A stretch of 64,000 bases of DNA from Gammaproteobacteria bacterium (GTDB lineage: Bacteria; Pseudomonadota; Gammaproteobacteria; JBCCGL01): NCBI GenBank assembly GCA_965277715.1, contig OZ255836.1, positions 3,648,001-3,712,000 on the forward strand, in the 5' to 3' direction. The notes beneath the pieces are model-generated. The model was not told the DNA's origin. It did no database searches and saw only the letters and a list, made by a program, of their open reading frames with translations. Below are positions 22,760-32,564 of the stretch, one piece after another. Positions within the stretch are counted from its first letter, which is position 1. Each line of letters opens with the position of its first letter. A program made the position numbers and the translations under genes.

Positions 22760-23683
22760 TTAGTGGGTGTTGACCAGATCGACAAAAATATCTTCCAGCG
22801 AACTTTGTGTGGTGTGCAGATCCTTTAATGTTAACCCCGCTGATCTTATTTGTTGTAACACCTCGGTAATGCCGGTGCGTTCGCTTTTTATATCGTAGGT
22901 ATAAGTAAGGCAGTGGCCATTGGCTGATAAGACTAAATCACATCCGGTGAGGGATGCCGGTAATGCATTCAGTGAATCCCGCAGTTCAATGGTCAATTGC
23001 TTTTTGCCGAGTTTTTGTACCAGTGCCGCCTTGTCTTCCACCAGTAGTAACTCCCCTTTGCTCATAACACCGACCCGGTCGGCAATCGCCTCGGCCTCTT
23101 CAATATAGTGCGTGGTGAGAATGATGGTGACCCCGGATTCACGCAGGCGGCTAACGATTTCCCACATATCCTTGCGCAACTCAACATCGACCCCAGCGGT
23201 TGGCTCATCGAGAAACAATACACTTGGTTCGTGCGAGAGCGCCTTGGCAATCAGCACGCGGCGTTTCATGCCGCCGGAGAGTGCGCGTATTTCACTATTT
23301 TTTTTATCGTACAGTGATAAATCTTTAAGCAATTGGTCGATATATCCGGGGTTGGGTTTTTTGCCAAACAGGCCACGGCTAAAGCTCACAGTATTGTGCA
23401 CTTTATCGAAGGTGCCGAGAGTCAGTTCCTGGGGGACTAAACCAATCCTGTCACGGGTAATTCGGTAATCGCTAATGATATCGTGACCACAGACACTCAC
23501 CGATCCGGTGCTTGGGGAAACGATGCCGCAAATAATCGAAATCAATGTGGTTTTACCCGCGCCATTGGGGCCGAGCAACGCGAGAATTTCACCGGGGGCA
23601 ATATCGAGATTGACCGTCTTGAGCGCCGGGTGACCGCTTGAATAAGTCTTGGACAGGTTTTTTATTGAGATTATTGGATCCAT
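22760..23683 (-). CDS. ABC transporter ATP-binding protein (YadG-like)
   Basis: [26 protein letters not shown]. Confidence 0.93.
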   Translation of the reverse strand: MDPIISIKNLSKTYSSGHPALKTVNLDIAPGEILALLGPNGAGKTTLISIICGIVSPSTGSVSVCGHDIISDYRITRDRIGLVPQELTLGTFDKVHNTVSFSRGLFGKKPNPGYIDQLLKDLSLYDKKNSEIRALSGGMKRRVLIAKALSHEPSVLFLDEPTAGVDVELRKDMWEIVSRLRESGVTIILTTHYIEEAEAIADRVGVMSKGELLLVEDKAALVQKLGKKQLTIELRDSLNALPASLTGCDLVLSANGHCLTYTYDIKSERTGITEVLQQIRSAGLTLKDLHTTQSSLEDIFVDLVNTH

Positions 23684-23770
23684 TAGGGAATTCTACTACA
23701 GCGTGGGGTGCCGCTTATATGTGTTTTCAGCGATAGCGCTACGCGTAGCGCGCAATAGTTGGGTAAAATC

Positions 23771-23868
23771 CCAGTACACCATCTACCTTATGATTGCGTA
23801 AAAACACCTTGCTCTGGCACGCTTGTGGGCTAACTGAACCCGACAATATAAAGTAGGCGGTGTACTGG
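23771..23868. repeat. ~98-bp element with 25-bp imperfect terminal inverted repeats
   Basis: ccagtacaccatctaccttatgattg versus caatataaagtaggcggtgtactgg. Confidence 0.55.
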
Positions 23869-23897
23869 CTTATAACGATTTATTATTTAATGGGGCG

Positions 23898-24341
23898 ATG
23901 ACTGTGCAACAACTTGACTGTCTGTCTGGTTTGGAAATTCTTCAGGGTATCGTCTGTGGTGATATTCCCCACCCCTCGATTGCAGCGACTATTCCAATGA
24001 AATTCGTCCTCGCCGAGCGGGGCAGGGTGGTGTTTGAAGCAATGGCGACAGCGCAGCACCTAAATCCTATGGGGGGGACACATGGCGGTTTTGCCTCGAC
24101 AGTAATGGACTCAGTGACAGGTTGTGCAGTACACACGATGCTGGAAGCGGGGGTGCCCTATGGCACTATTGAACTCAATGTAAAAATGGTACGGCCCGTG
24201 CCACGGGATACCCTGCTTATCGCCGAAGGTAAAATAATCAATATTTCCAAATCGCTGGGGGTTTCTGAGGGCACATTGAAAGATTCGGCGGGCAAGCTTT
24301 ATGCGCATGCAAGTTCAACGTGTATGATTATCAGGCGATAA
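23898..24341 (+). CDS. PaaI family thioesterase
   Basis: HLNPMGGTHGGFASTVMD hot-dog motif. Confidence 0.92.
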   Translation: MTVQQLDCLSGLEILQGIVCGDIPHPSIAATIPMKFVLAERGRVVFEAMATAQHLNPMGGTHGGFASTVMDSVTGCAVHTMLEAGVPYGTIELNVKMVRPVPRDTLLIAEGKIINISKSLGVSEGTLKDSAGKLYAHASSTCMIIRR

Positions 24342-24394
24342 CCCTTTTCAACCTAGACTGGACATCATGTATTTACTTGTGTGCAAGTTAATAC

Positions 24395-25282
24395 GTGGGG
24401 TCTGGACACACCGGATTAAACGTGGATAACTCACCCACAAATTACAAGGTAAAAACCGGCTGCTTTTTGACGGTATTGCTGGTCGCTGTCGTGTTACTCG
24501 GTTTTACACAACAACTCGATCAGCGTGCAGGTAAACCCGTCGATGACGCTTTTGAGCGGGCGCTGGTCACCTTTGCCGTGGTGCGCAGTATTAATGCGGT
24601 TGTATCGGTTGTGCAGGGTACAGAGTTGGCTATTGAGCCAGCCGGGGTTGGTGTCATTCTGACACCAGGGCAGATATTTGATCCGGTTAATGACCTTATT
24701 GAGCGATTTTCCTGGATTATGCTGGCGGCGAGCACTTCATTGGGTGCGCAAAAAGTGTTGATAGCGATCGGTGCTGCGTCGGTTTTTCAGGCGGCGTTAA
24801 TGGTGGCGGCGATGCTGTTGTTGGTATTGATTTGGCGTCCGGGCTGGTTAAGTGGCCGCTGGCGGGGCATTGCGTTACGGCTGGCGGTGTTGATTGTGTT
24901 TGTGCGTTTTGCCGTGCCGGTGATAGTGCTGGCTAACCAGGCGGTATACGATGCCTTTCTGGCGGATCGTTACCAGGTGTCTTATACGGCACTCGAAGTC
25001 ACACGTGACGAGGCCGAAGCGCTTCAGCAGGCGGAAAAAGACCCGGCTACCAGTGCGCAGAATAAGGGGCTGCTGGGTCGACTTGGGCACTGGTATGACC
25101 GTACAGCATTGCGCTTTGATGTCGATGCGCGTATTGACCGTTACAAACAGCAGTTTGCCCAGGCCAGTGAGCATATTATCCATTTGATTGTGGTGTTTAT
25201 GTTGCAAACTGTGGTGTTTCCATTGTTGTTTTTGTGGCTTGGGTTGCGTTTGTTGCGTAGTGTTGTGAGGGGTGGTGTTTGA
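24395..25282 (+). CDS. Hypothetical membrane protein
   Basis: Long ORF with several TM segments; no family recognised; start uncertain. Confidence 0.7.
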   Translation: MGSGHTGLNVDNSPTNYKVKTGCFLTVLLVAVVLLGFTQQLDQRAGKPVDDAFERALVTFAVVRSINAVVSVVQGTELAIEPAGVGVILTPGQIFDPVNDLIERFSWIMLAASTSLGAQKVLIAIGAASVFQAALMVAAMLLLVLIWRPGWLSGRWRGIALRLAVLIVFVRFAVPVIVLANQAVYDAFLADRYQVSYTALEVTRDEAEALQQAEKDPATSAQNKGLLGRLGHWYDRTALRFDVDARIDRYKQQFAQASEHIIHLIVVFMLQTVVFPLLFLWLGLRLLRSVVRGGV

Positions 25283-25729
25283 AGCGAGTGTCTGTAAAGG
25301 TGGAAAAATAAAAATAGCGATTACAGCGGCCAGCGGCCAGTGGCCAATTAGGATCAGCAATATTCAAAGCCACCGCTGCTTTGCTATCAACTGAAAATGT
25401 TATCGGGTTGGCGAGAACACCCGATAAAGTAAAGCATCCAGGTGTTGAAATAAGCCCCGGAGATTACAGGGTATTCGAGAGGGAAAAGCGAATTATCCCA
25501 GTCATTTTTATACGGCAACAGGTAGGGAACATGAAAGTTGGCAAGCTTATTTTGAAAACATTAAATCAAGCGGGCAGTAGAGAAGTATATTTTTCGAGCG
25601 TCTGTGAGTTCAACGTAGAGCAGTCCTGAATTCGACAAACTCCTGCAACGTAGTGGATTCAACGGATTAATTTAGGTTTAATACGGAACCTGTCCAGTCG
25701 TTTTTCTTCTGAATAATCAGGAAACAATT

Positions 25730-26719
25730 ATGCGCCCATCCCCCGTATCCGCCACTGTCGATTTTGAACGGGACGGTATCCAGCACGGCTTTCTAAAACT
25801 ACCCTGCTCCAGAGACGAATCCGCCTGGGGCGCGATTATGACGCCGATCAGCGTTATCAAGCGGGGCGATGGCCCCACCGCAATTCTCACTGGCGCCAAT
25901 CATGGGGATGAATACGAAGGCCCGGTGGCGTTGGTCAAGCTGGCCAATACCCTACAGCCTGAGGTGATCTGTGGTCGCGTTATTATCGTGCCATTTTTCA
26001 ATTACCCCGCGTTTAAAGCGGGGAAGCGTACCTCGCCATTGGATGGCGGCAATATGAATCGGGTATTCCCCGGCAGGCCAGACGGTACGGCCACGGAAAA
26101 AATGGCGGATTATTTTACCCGGCACTTATTGCCGATAAGCGATTTTGTGCTGGATATCCACGCCGGGGGCAAAACGCTCGATTTTGTGCCGTTTGCCGCC
26201 GCGCATATCCTTGACGATAAGCAACAGCAGGCGCAGTGTGTCGCCGCAATGCAGGCTTTTGGTGCGCCCTATAGCATGATGCTGCTGGAGATCGATGCGG
26301 TGGGTATGTATGACACAGCCGCCGAGTCGCTGGGTAAAGTGTTCCTTTCCACTGAGTTGGGCGGGGGGGGTAGCTCCACTGCCAGTAGCAATGAGATTGC
26401 CGAAACCGGGGTGCATAACTTCTTGGTGCACGCGGGTATCAGGCAGGGTGAAATCCTGCCACGTGACAGTGTGTTGTTGGATATGCCTGGTGATCAGTGT
26501 TTTATTACCAGTGAGCATGATGGTTTGTTGGAGATGTGCTGTGCGCTGGGGGAGAGGGTGATGCAGGGCGATGTGGTTGCTCGCATTTACGATACAACGC
26601 GTACTGGAGTTGCGCCGGTAGAGTATTGCGCTGGGTTGGATGGTATATTGGCGCAGCGACATTTTCCGGGGTTAATTGCTTGCGGTGATGCGTTGGCAGT
26701 GGTTGCCGTGCCGGGGTAG
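25730..26719 (+). CDS. doeB: N-alpha-acetyl-diaminobutyrate deacetylase (ectoine catabolism, DoeB/EutE)
   Basis: QHGFLKLPCSRDESAWG, GANHGDEYEGP, DIHAGG, TELGGGG. Confidence 0.88.
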   Translation: MRPSPVSATVDFERDGIQHGFLKLPCSRDESAWGAIMTPISVIKRGDGPTAILTGANHGDEYEGPVALVKLANTLQPEVICGRVIIVPFFNYPAFKAGKRTSPLDGGNMNRVFPGRPDGTATEKMADYFTRHLLPISDFVLDIHAGGKTLDFVPFAAAHILDDKQQQAQCVAAMQAFGAPYSMMLLEIDAVGMYDTAAESLGKVFLSTELGGGGSSTASSNEIAETGVHNFLVHAGIRQGEILPRDSVLLDMPGDQCFITSEHDGLLEMCCALGERVMQGDVVARIYDTTRTGVAPVEYCAGLDGILAQRHFPGLIACGDALAVVAVPG

Positions 26720-26827
26720 TGCTCTGTCTCCTGTATCCCTACCGATGTGCTCAAGCCCCCTTGCCTAAGTTTTGTCGGCAGAAAATAACCAAAAATTCGC
26801 TTATGCTAATTAATTCAAAATTGTAGA

Positions 26828-27535
26828 GTGAAATCAATGGATAACACCGCGAATGATTTGGGTAGGTTAAGTGATGTAAAAGCACTGCGTACTATTTTTA
26901 ACCCGCAGGGTTTGCGGCTGGTGGATGTCGGCTGTGGTGATGGCACGCTGGCGCGCAAGTTGGCGTATGTTGGGGCTACAGTTGTCGGTGTCGAGCCGGA
27001 TGCGGTTCAGGCGCAAAAGAATGCTCAGGCAGTGCCAACCGCTAATGTCACTTTTTTTGAAGCCCGCGCCAAGCATATTCCCGTTGATGATGCTTCGGTT
27101 GACGGTGTTATTTTTAGCCTTTCGTTACATCATGTACCGCGTGAGGAAATGCAGGCATCGCTTGAAGATGCCCGGCGGGTGATCAGGCCCGGCGGTTTTC
27201 TGGCCGTTGTTGAGCCACTGCCTGAAGGCTCGTATAACGATGCAATTCAACTGTTTCACGATGAAACGGAAGTGCGCCAATACGCAGTTGAAGCGCTGAC
27301 ACACTACGCCCGCCCACTGTTTACCCACTGGCAACACTATTTCTACACCACTGAAACGCGTTATGGCAGCTTTGACGATTTTGCTGATCGCTATGCCTCG
27401 ATCACCTACAGTGAATTTGATCCTGCTATTGTTAGATCAGATGCTGTGCGTGAGCGGTTTGAGGCGAGCAGCGATGGTGAGGGGTATTTGTTACTGCAAC
27501 CTATGCGGGTCGATTTTTATACCGACCCTCACTAA
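26828..27535 (+). CDS. Class I SAM-dependent methyltransferase
   Basis: VDVGCGDG motif I, SLHHV, IRPGG. Confidence 0.88.
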   Translation: MKSMDNTANDLGRLSDVKALRTIFNPQGLRLVDVGCGDGTLARKLAYVGATVVGVEPDAVQAQKNAQAVPTANVTFFEARAKHIPVDDASVDGVIFSLSLHHVPREEMQASLEDARRVIRPGGFLAVVEPLPEGSYNDAIQLFHDETEVRQYAVEALTHYARPLFTHWQHYFYTTETRYGSFDDFADRYASITYSEFDPAIVRSDAVRERFEASSDGEGYLLLQPMRVDFYTDPH

Positions 27536-27549
27536 AGCAAGGTAAGCGC

Positions 27550-28173
27550 ATGGCATTTGAGCTTTGGCTGGCTTATGCCATCGCCGCGACAATTATTATT
27601 GTGATCCCCGGGCCGACCATTTTGCTCGTTATCACCCAATCGTTAATTCACGGTAAAGCGGCCACTCTGCCGTTGGTGTTGGGGGTGATGTTAGGTGATG
27701 CGCTGGCACTGCTTCTGTCGCTGTTTGGGTTGGGTGCGATACTCGCCACCTCGGCATTTTTCTTTACCATTATTAAATGGGTAGGGGCGGGGTATCTTGT
27801 TTACCTGGGCATCAGTCTTTGGCGTAGCCCCAGTGTAATTGTCACCAGCGACGAGACGGTTGAGTACAAAGGTGCCTTTTCCCTGTTTATGCGTGTTTTT
27901 ATCGTGACAACGTTTAATCCAAAGGGGATTGTTTTCTTTATCGCCTTTTTGCCGCAGTTTGTCGATCCCGCGCTCGATGTTGTAGCGCAATTGGCGTTGC
28001 TCGGCGTCACCTTTGTCGTTATCGGTACGTTGAATGCGGCGATGTACGCTATTTTTTCAGGTGCCCTAAAACGCTTTCTGCAACGTGAAAAAGCCCGGCG
28101 GTGGTTTAATCGTTGCGGTGGAACGGCTCTGGTTGGTGCGGGTGTGTTTACTGCTGTGGCGCAGCGAGCTTAA
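27550..28173 (+). CDS. LysE/RhtB family translocator
   Basis: IPGPT, KWVGAGYLVYLG, NPKGIVFF. Confidence 0.92.
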   Translation: MAFELWLAYAIAATIIIVIPGPTILLVITQSLIHGKAATLPLVLGVMLGDALALLLSLFGLGAILATSAFFFTIIKWVGAGYLVYLGISLWRSPSVIVTSDETVEYKGAFSLFMRVFIVTTFNPKGIVFFIAFLPQFVDPALDVVAQLALLGVTFVVIGTLNAAMYAIFSGALKRFLQREKARRWFNRCGGTALVGAGVFTAVAQRA

Positions 28174-28199
28174 TTAAGGAACGTGCACGAAATAACTCA

Positions 28200-29126
28200 T
28201 CAATTGAACGTTGATGGCGTATTGGTGTAATGCGCAGTGAAACGGTCATAATTGGCGCCAATTAATACCAGCACAATGCCCAAGAAATGCACCCAGGTGA
28301 ATTGCTCCCCCAGAAATAAAACCGCCAATAACGAAGCGATGACCGGGATAAAGTTATAACAGATACCACCCATTGCAGGCCCGCCCAGGCGAATACCCTT
28401 GAGCCATAAAATCCCAGAAAAAATTGAGGGAAACACCGCCACATACGCCAACACACTGACGGTGTTTTGATTGAGCGGCCAACCGTTGCTGCCGGTATAC
28501 ACATCGTAGAGGTAGAACGGCACGATACCAACCCAGCCTATAACGATATTGACGAATAAAAAACCGCGAATAGAAAAGTGCCCCGGCAGGCGTTTTAAAT
28601 ACACAGAATAAAACGCAAATACAATAATCGACGTGAGAATCAAACCATCACCGGGAGTTAGCGAGGCCAGCACACCCACCCCAACCTTACCACCCGCGAC
28701 AATCACCAGCGCCACACCACTCAATGAAACCAGCAGACCAGTCAATTTGTTTTTGCCAATTTTCTCCACGCCGATGATCCACGACAGCAAAAAAATAAAC
28801 ACGGGTAATGATGCGGAAATGATGCCCACCTTGGTCGCACTGATCCACTGCATCGACCAGTATTGAAAGGTGTTGTAGAGGGTGATGCTGAAAAATGCCA
28901 GCAGGCCGATCAACCGCCAGTGTTTGCGGTAAAACGCCCGTTCGCGCCACACAATCGGCAGTGCAAACGGTGCCAGCAATACCCCGGCCAGTGTCCACCG
29001 CCAGAACGACAGTGAAAATGGCGGTATAGTGCTGACAATCGACTTGCCAACCACCGTATTGCCCGCCCAAAACGACACGGCAATTAACAGGCAGAAAAAC
29101 GCCAGCCGTGGATTTGTTGTATTCAC
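28200..29126 (-). CDS. DMT/EamA family transporter
   Basis: About ten TM helices; FWAGNTVVGK, FWRW, LFLGE. Confidence 0.9.
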   Translation of the reverse strand: MNTTNPRLAFFCLLIAVSFWAGNTVVGKSIVSTIPPFSLSFWRWTLAGVLLAPFALPIVWRERAFYRKHWRLIGLLAFFSITLYNTFQYWSMQWISATKVGIISASLPVFIFLLSWIIGVEKIGKNKLTGLLVSLSGVALVIVAGGKVGVGVLASLTPGDGLILTSIIVFAFYSVYLKRLPGHFSIRGFLFVNIVIGWVGIVPFYLYDVYTGSNGWPLNQNTVSVLAYVAVFPSIFSGILWLKGIRLGGPAMGGICYNFIPVIASLLAVLFLGEQFTWVHFLGIVLVLIGANYDRFTAHYTNTPSTFN

Positions 29127-29157
29127 GGTGTGAAAGAGGGGTGGGCGATTGGATAGT

Positions 29158-29505
29158 TTACTTTGCGGCGACTACGCCCACTTCAACCAGCAGGTCCGGT
29201 GTTGCCAGACGGGCTTCAATACAGGCGCGGGCGGGAGCGTGACCCTCGGGTACCCAGGCGTTCCAGACTTTGTTCATCTCGTCAAAATGCCCGATGTTTG
29301 CCAGCCAGATTTGCGCAGACAGCAAATGTGTTTTATCGCTACCGGCTTCTGCCAGGAGTGCATCGACTTTATCCAGCACCTGCTGGGTTTGTATACTCAC
29401 ATTGGCATTGGGGTCACTGGCAACCTGACCGGCGAGGTAAATCGTATCGCCGTGGATAACTATTTGGCTCATGCGTGCGTTGGTGTGGTGACGGGTGATG
29501 GTCAT
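29158..29505 (-). CDS. RidA family protein
   Basis: IYLAGQVA, FDEMNKVWNAW...PARACI, LVEV. Confidence 0.92.
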   Translation of the reverse strand: MTITRHHTNARMSQIVIHGDTIYLAGQVASDPNANVSIQTQQVLDKVDALLAEAGSDKTHLLSAQIWLANIGHFDEMNKVWNAWVPEGHAPARACIEARLATPDLLVEVGVVAAK

Positions 29506-29650
29506 AAGGGGGACTCCAGGGGGGGCGGATTAGAAAACGCATAGACTACAGGGAGTGAGGCAATTTATCGATCCATTCATGTTACGACTAAACAGATAGC
29601 TCACAAGCCGCACCGACATATTTTCATGCCGGGTCAATAACAATGTTCAC

Positions 29651-29680
29651 TTTACCGATTCACGCAATTATTATTATAAT
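29651..29680 (+). promoter_or_regulatory. Putative sigma70 promoter of the lasso cluster
   Basis: TATAAT at 29675-29680 with a weak -35 (tttacc) 18 nt upstream; ends 34 nt before the RRE start. Confidence 0.4.
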
Positions 29681-29714
29681 CGTTTAGTTTTTCACCAGTA
29701 TCGTCAAATTAACT

Positions 29715-29987
29715 ATGCTTCCTGGCCACATCAAAATCCCACCCCATGTATTACTCCAGGCTTTTGACGAAGAAACTGAAGCAGTTCTGCTTAATGTAGA
29801 GACCGAACATTACTATAGCTTGAATGAAGTAGCCTTACGGTGCTGGCGTTTGTTGGAGAACGACGGCAGCGTGGCGAACATAACCCAACAGCTACTGGCC
29901 GAATATGAAGTAGAAGAGTCATTATTGCGAGAGGATATCAAAAAAATTATCTCCCATTGGTTGGAAACCGGCCTGGTTGTCAACTGA
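29715..29987 (+). CDS. PqqD-family RiPP recognition element (lasso B1)
   Basis: 90 aa; EAVLLNVETEHYYSLNEVALRCWRLL...LLAEYEVEESLLREDI...GLV, the typical RRE pattern. Confidence 0.92.
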   Translation: MLPGHIKIPPHVLLQAFDEETEAVLLNVETEHYYSLNEVALRCWRLLENDGSVANITQQLLAEYEVEESLLREDIKKIISHWLETGLVVN

Positions 29988-30455
29988 ATGTCTGGCGTTG
30001 ATTTGATAAGGGCAAAGTGGCGTGATCTGCAAATTGCCTGTCAGATTCTGTTGGTGTTGCCGTTGGCGGTTTTGTTATTGAAGCTCAGAGGCTTTAAGTC
30101 GGCCTTTCACATCTTCGAGTGGTTGGCCGTCACATGCCCTGGTGGTGGCCATAATGATACGGTTTATATCGACCGCGCCAGCACAGGGATCCGTTGGTTC
30201 AAACGGCATTTCCCCTTGGGCAACTGTCTGTCACGTTCGTTAACGCTGTGGTTTCTGTTGCATCGGCGCAATATCTCCTCCGTAATCATTATCGGCACCA
30301 GAAGAATCAAGGGAGTATTCGCTGCCCATGCCTGGGTGGAATATCAGAACAAACCGTTGAACGCCCACAACAAAGTCAGGCAAAGATACGCCGCCTATGA
30401 TTTTCCATTTTCGCCAGCAAACCTCGTCACTGCTACATGGAAGGAGGATAGATGA
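29988..30455 (+). CDS. Lasso peptide leader peptidase (B2, transglutaminase-like)
   Basis: NCLSRSL catalytic Cys and FAAHAWVE catalytic His; lies between RRE and cyclase. Confidence 0.93.
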   Translation: MSGVDLIRAKWRDLQIACQILLVLPLAVLLLKLRGFKSAFHIFEWLAVTCPGGGHNDTVYIDRASTGIRWFKRHFPLGNCLSRSLTLWFLLHRRNISSVIIIGTRRIKGVFAAHAWVEYQNKPLNAHNKVRQRYAAYDFPFSPANLVTATWKEDR

Positions 30456-32338
30456 TCTTTGGTCTGTTTCGTACCGACAAGCAGCCGGTAACAACGGTAG
30501 ATCTGGCATCCATCCGGTTGGCAATGGCGTGTTTTCCCCATCACTGCGCGGAGGACTGGCGGCATGCATCCATCGGCTTTGGTCGTTTATTGCGTTACAA
30601 CACCCCGGAATCGATTTATGAAAATCTGCCCTGTGTAAGTAATTCGGGGCGCTATGTACTGGTAGCCGATGCCCGGCTTGACAACCGGGATGAGCTTTTC
30701 GATTTGCTGTCTGTTCCCTTACCCGAACGTAAGTTCATGCCAGATAGTAGTTTAATACTTAAAGCCTATGAGCGATGGGAGGAAGAGTGTCCCCACCACC
30801 TGCTGGGCGACTGGTCATTCGCACTTTGGGATCACCACCTACAGCAACTGTTCATTGCGCGTGATCAGATCGGAGCAGGCGCGCTGTACTATTACCAAAA
30901 CGCGCATTTTATCGTTTTTTCCAGCGCGCTCAAGGGTGTCATGGCTTTGCCTGGCGTGCCTTCACAGCTTAACGAGTTAGCGGTGGCACAACTTGCAGCG
31001 GGCCAACGGCGCGACGCCCAAACGTTTTATAAAGATGTTTACCAATTGCCCGCAGGCCAATGGATGGCGGTCAACGCCCAACGGACCGTTCGCCAATACC
31101 ACTGGCGGCCCCAGGATATACAGCCGGTGACCTTCGCCAACGATCAGGATTATCTGGATGCTTTTCTCGAAATATACACCCAGGCCGTGTCTTGCCGTCT
31201 GCGCAGCCACGGTGAAGTGGCGGTAACCCTAAGTGGCGGGCTAGATTCCGGCTCGGTGGCGTCACTGGCGGCCAGGCAGAGGGCGCAATCCGGCGAACGG
31301 CTGAGAGCAATCTCCTGGCGGCCGGCCGACGGGGCTAATCTGGAAGGCGTGCCGACCAACCGCAGGGCGGATGAAACATCACTGATAGAAGCTACTAGCC
31401 GCCACGCAGGCAATATTGACGTGAGCTATATTCAACACGCCTATTTCACCCCACTGTCTGCCATTGATTATATGCTGGACACGCTACTCCAACCCCCCTT
31501 TACCTTTTCCGCCTGGTATTGGTTTATGTCCTTGCTGAAAATGGCTCAACAGCAAAATATCGCTACACTGCTTACCGGCCAGGCGGGCAACTTTACCGTG
31601 TCCTGGCAGGGCAACCGCGACAGTTACCTATTGGGCCTGTTACGCAGTGGTCGGTTTGGCACATTGGCGCACGAAGTCCGTTTATGGGCGCAACACCAAC
31701 GAAGGCCACTTTGGTGTAGCATGGCCAGCCAGCTTATCCGCCCGTTGTTTGCACCGTTGCATCGCCCTCATGGGCGCGAAGGGCGGAGGTTCATTCGAGC
31801 AGAAGCCGCCGCGCCGGTGCTGCGGACGCAAGCGCCCTACGATGCCGAATTAATGGCCAGGCAAAAGCAGGCCGCCGAACCCCTGTGCAACCTGATAGCG
31901 ATGTTCCAGTCGGGCAAGCTATCTTTGTCCCCAGAACTGGGGAGGTGCTTCGGCGTTGATGAACGCGCTCCAGTGCTGGATAAACGCCTGGTAGCGTTCT
32001 GTTTCGGCATTCCCCAGCGGCAATACACCAGAGACGGGCAGGAAAAATTGCTGCTTCGCCAATCCATGCACGGTATTATGCCCGATGAGGTATTGTATAA
32101 CCGTCACCGTGGGTTAATAGCGGGTGATCTGGACAACTGGATGTGGACAAACCGAGCGGAAATAGTGGATATTCTCCAGCACCTGAAAAACTCCCCCACA
32201 GTACGGCACTGGCTGGATTTAGGGCTTTTAAATGATGCGCTCCAGCACTGTGAGATCAGAGGTGTTGAGCATTTACACCAGGGAGTTATCACGCTGCGGG
32301 GTATTCTAATCGGTCGTTTTCTTATGCAGTTTGACTAA
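30452..32338 (+). CDS. Lasso peptide cyclase (asparagine synthetase-like, C protein)
   Basis: ADARLDNRDEL, LGDWSFALWD, LSGGLDS ATP-binding motif; lacks the N-terminal Cys of true AsnB. Confidence 0.92.
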   Translation: MIFGLFRTDKQPVTTVDLASIRLAMACFPHHCAEDWRHASIGFGRLLRYNTPESIYENLPCVSNSGRYVLVADARLDNRDELFDLLSVPLPERKFMPDSSLILKAYERWEEECPHHLLGDWSFALWDHHLQQLFIARDQIGAGALYYYQNAHFIVFSSALKGVMALPGVPSQLNELAVAQLAAGQRRDAQTFYKDVYQLPAGQWMAVNAQRTVRQYHWRPQDIQPVTFANDQDYLDAFLEIYTQAVSCRLRSHGEVAVTLSGGLDSGSVASLAARQRAQSGERLRAISWRPADGANLEGVPTNRRADETSLIEATSRHAGNIDVSYIQHAYFTPLSAIDYMLDTLLQPPFTFSAWYWFMSLLKMAQQQNIATLLTGQAGNFTVSWQGNRDSYLLGLLRSGRFGTLAHEVRLWAQHQRRPLWCSMASQLIRPLFAPLHRPHGREGRRFIRAEAAAPVLRTQAPYDAELMARQKQAAEPLCNLIAMFQSGKLSLSPELGRCFGVDERAPVLDKRLVAFCFGIPQRQYTRDGQEKLLLRQSMHGIMPDEVLYNRHRGLIAGDLDNWMWTNRAEIVDILQHLKNSPTVRHWLDLGLLNDALQHCEIRGVEHLHQGVITLRGILIGRFLMQFD

Positions 32339-32395
32339 TGGAAAGAATACCATTAAATTTGCAACCGACAACGTTAACTCACTTAACAGGTAACT

Positions 32396-32548
32396 ATGAT
32401 GCAAGAAAAAACGCCAACACTAAACGCCACCCCTTCCGAAAAGAAAGCCTACCAAAGCCCGATAATGACGGATTTCGGTACGGTGAAGCAATATACTCAA
32501 GGTACAAACGGGGGTAATACAAATGCTGAGGGTAACGGCAATTCCTGA
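32396..32548 (+). CDS. Lasso peptide precursor (50 aa)
   Basis: Manual translation MMQEKTPTLNATPSEKKAYQSPIMTDFGTVKQYTQ-GTNGGNTNAEGNGNS; leader motif YxxPxxxxxGxxxxxT(-2); AGG 5 nt before ATG; directly after the cyclase. Confidence 0.88.
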   Translation: MMQEKTPTLNATPSEKKAYQSPIMTDFGTVKQYTQGTNGGNTNAEGNGNS

Positions 32549-32564
32549 GTAAACACTTGACACC

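Noticed and set aside
20138-23683. ABC transporters as the lasso exporter
   Set aside because: They are 6 kb or more away, on the opposite strand, separated by unrelated genes and belong to common families; no linking evidence.
25290-25680. ORF 25381-25629 or a decayed gene; short cctgaattc...aatttagg inverted ends at 25625-25676
   Set aside because: No recognisable motif or convincing start; the similarity to the MITE ends is too short to call.
29715-29987. PQQ biosynthesis gene pqqD
   Set aside because: No pqqABCE nearby; the context identifies it as a lasso RRE.
30452-32338. Ordinary asparagine synthetase AsnB
   Set aside because: It lacks the N-terminal catalytic Cys and is flanked by RRE, B2 peptidase and precursor.
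32338-32517. 59-aa ORF (MERIPLNLQ...) overlapping the cyclase stop, as an alternative precursor
   Set aside because: It has no lasso leader motif; the overlapping frame starting at 32396 has the full motif and an RBS.
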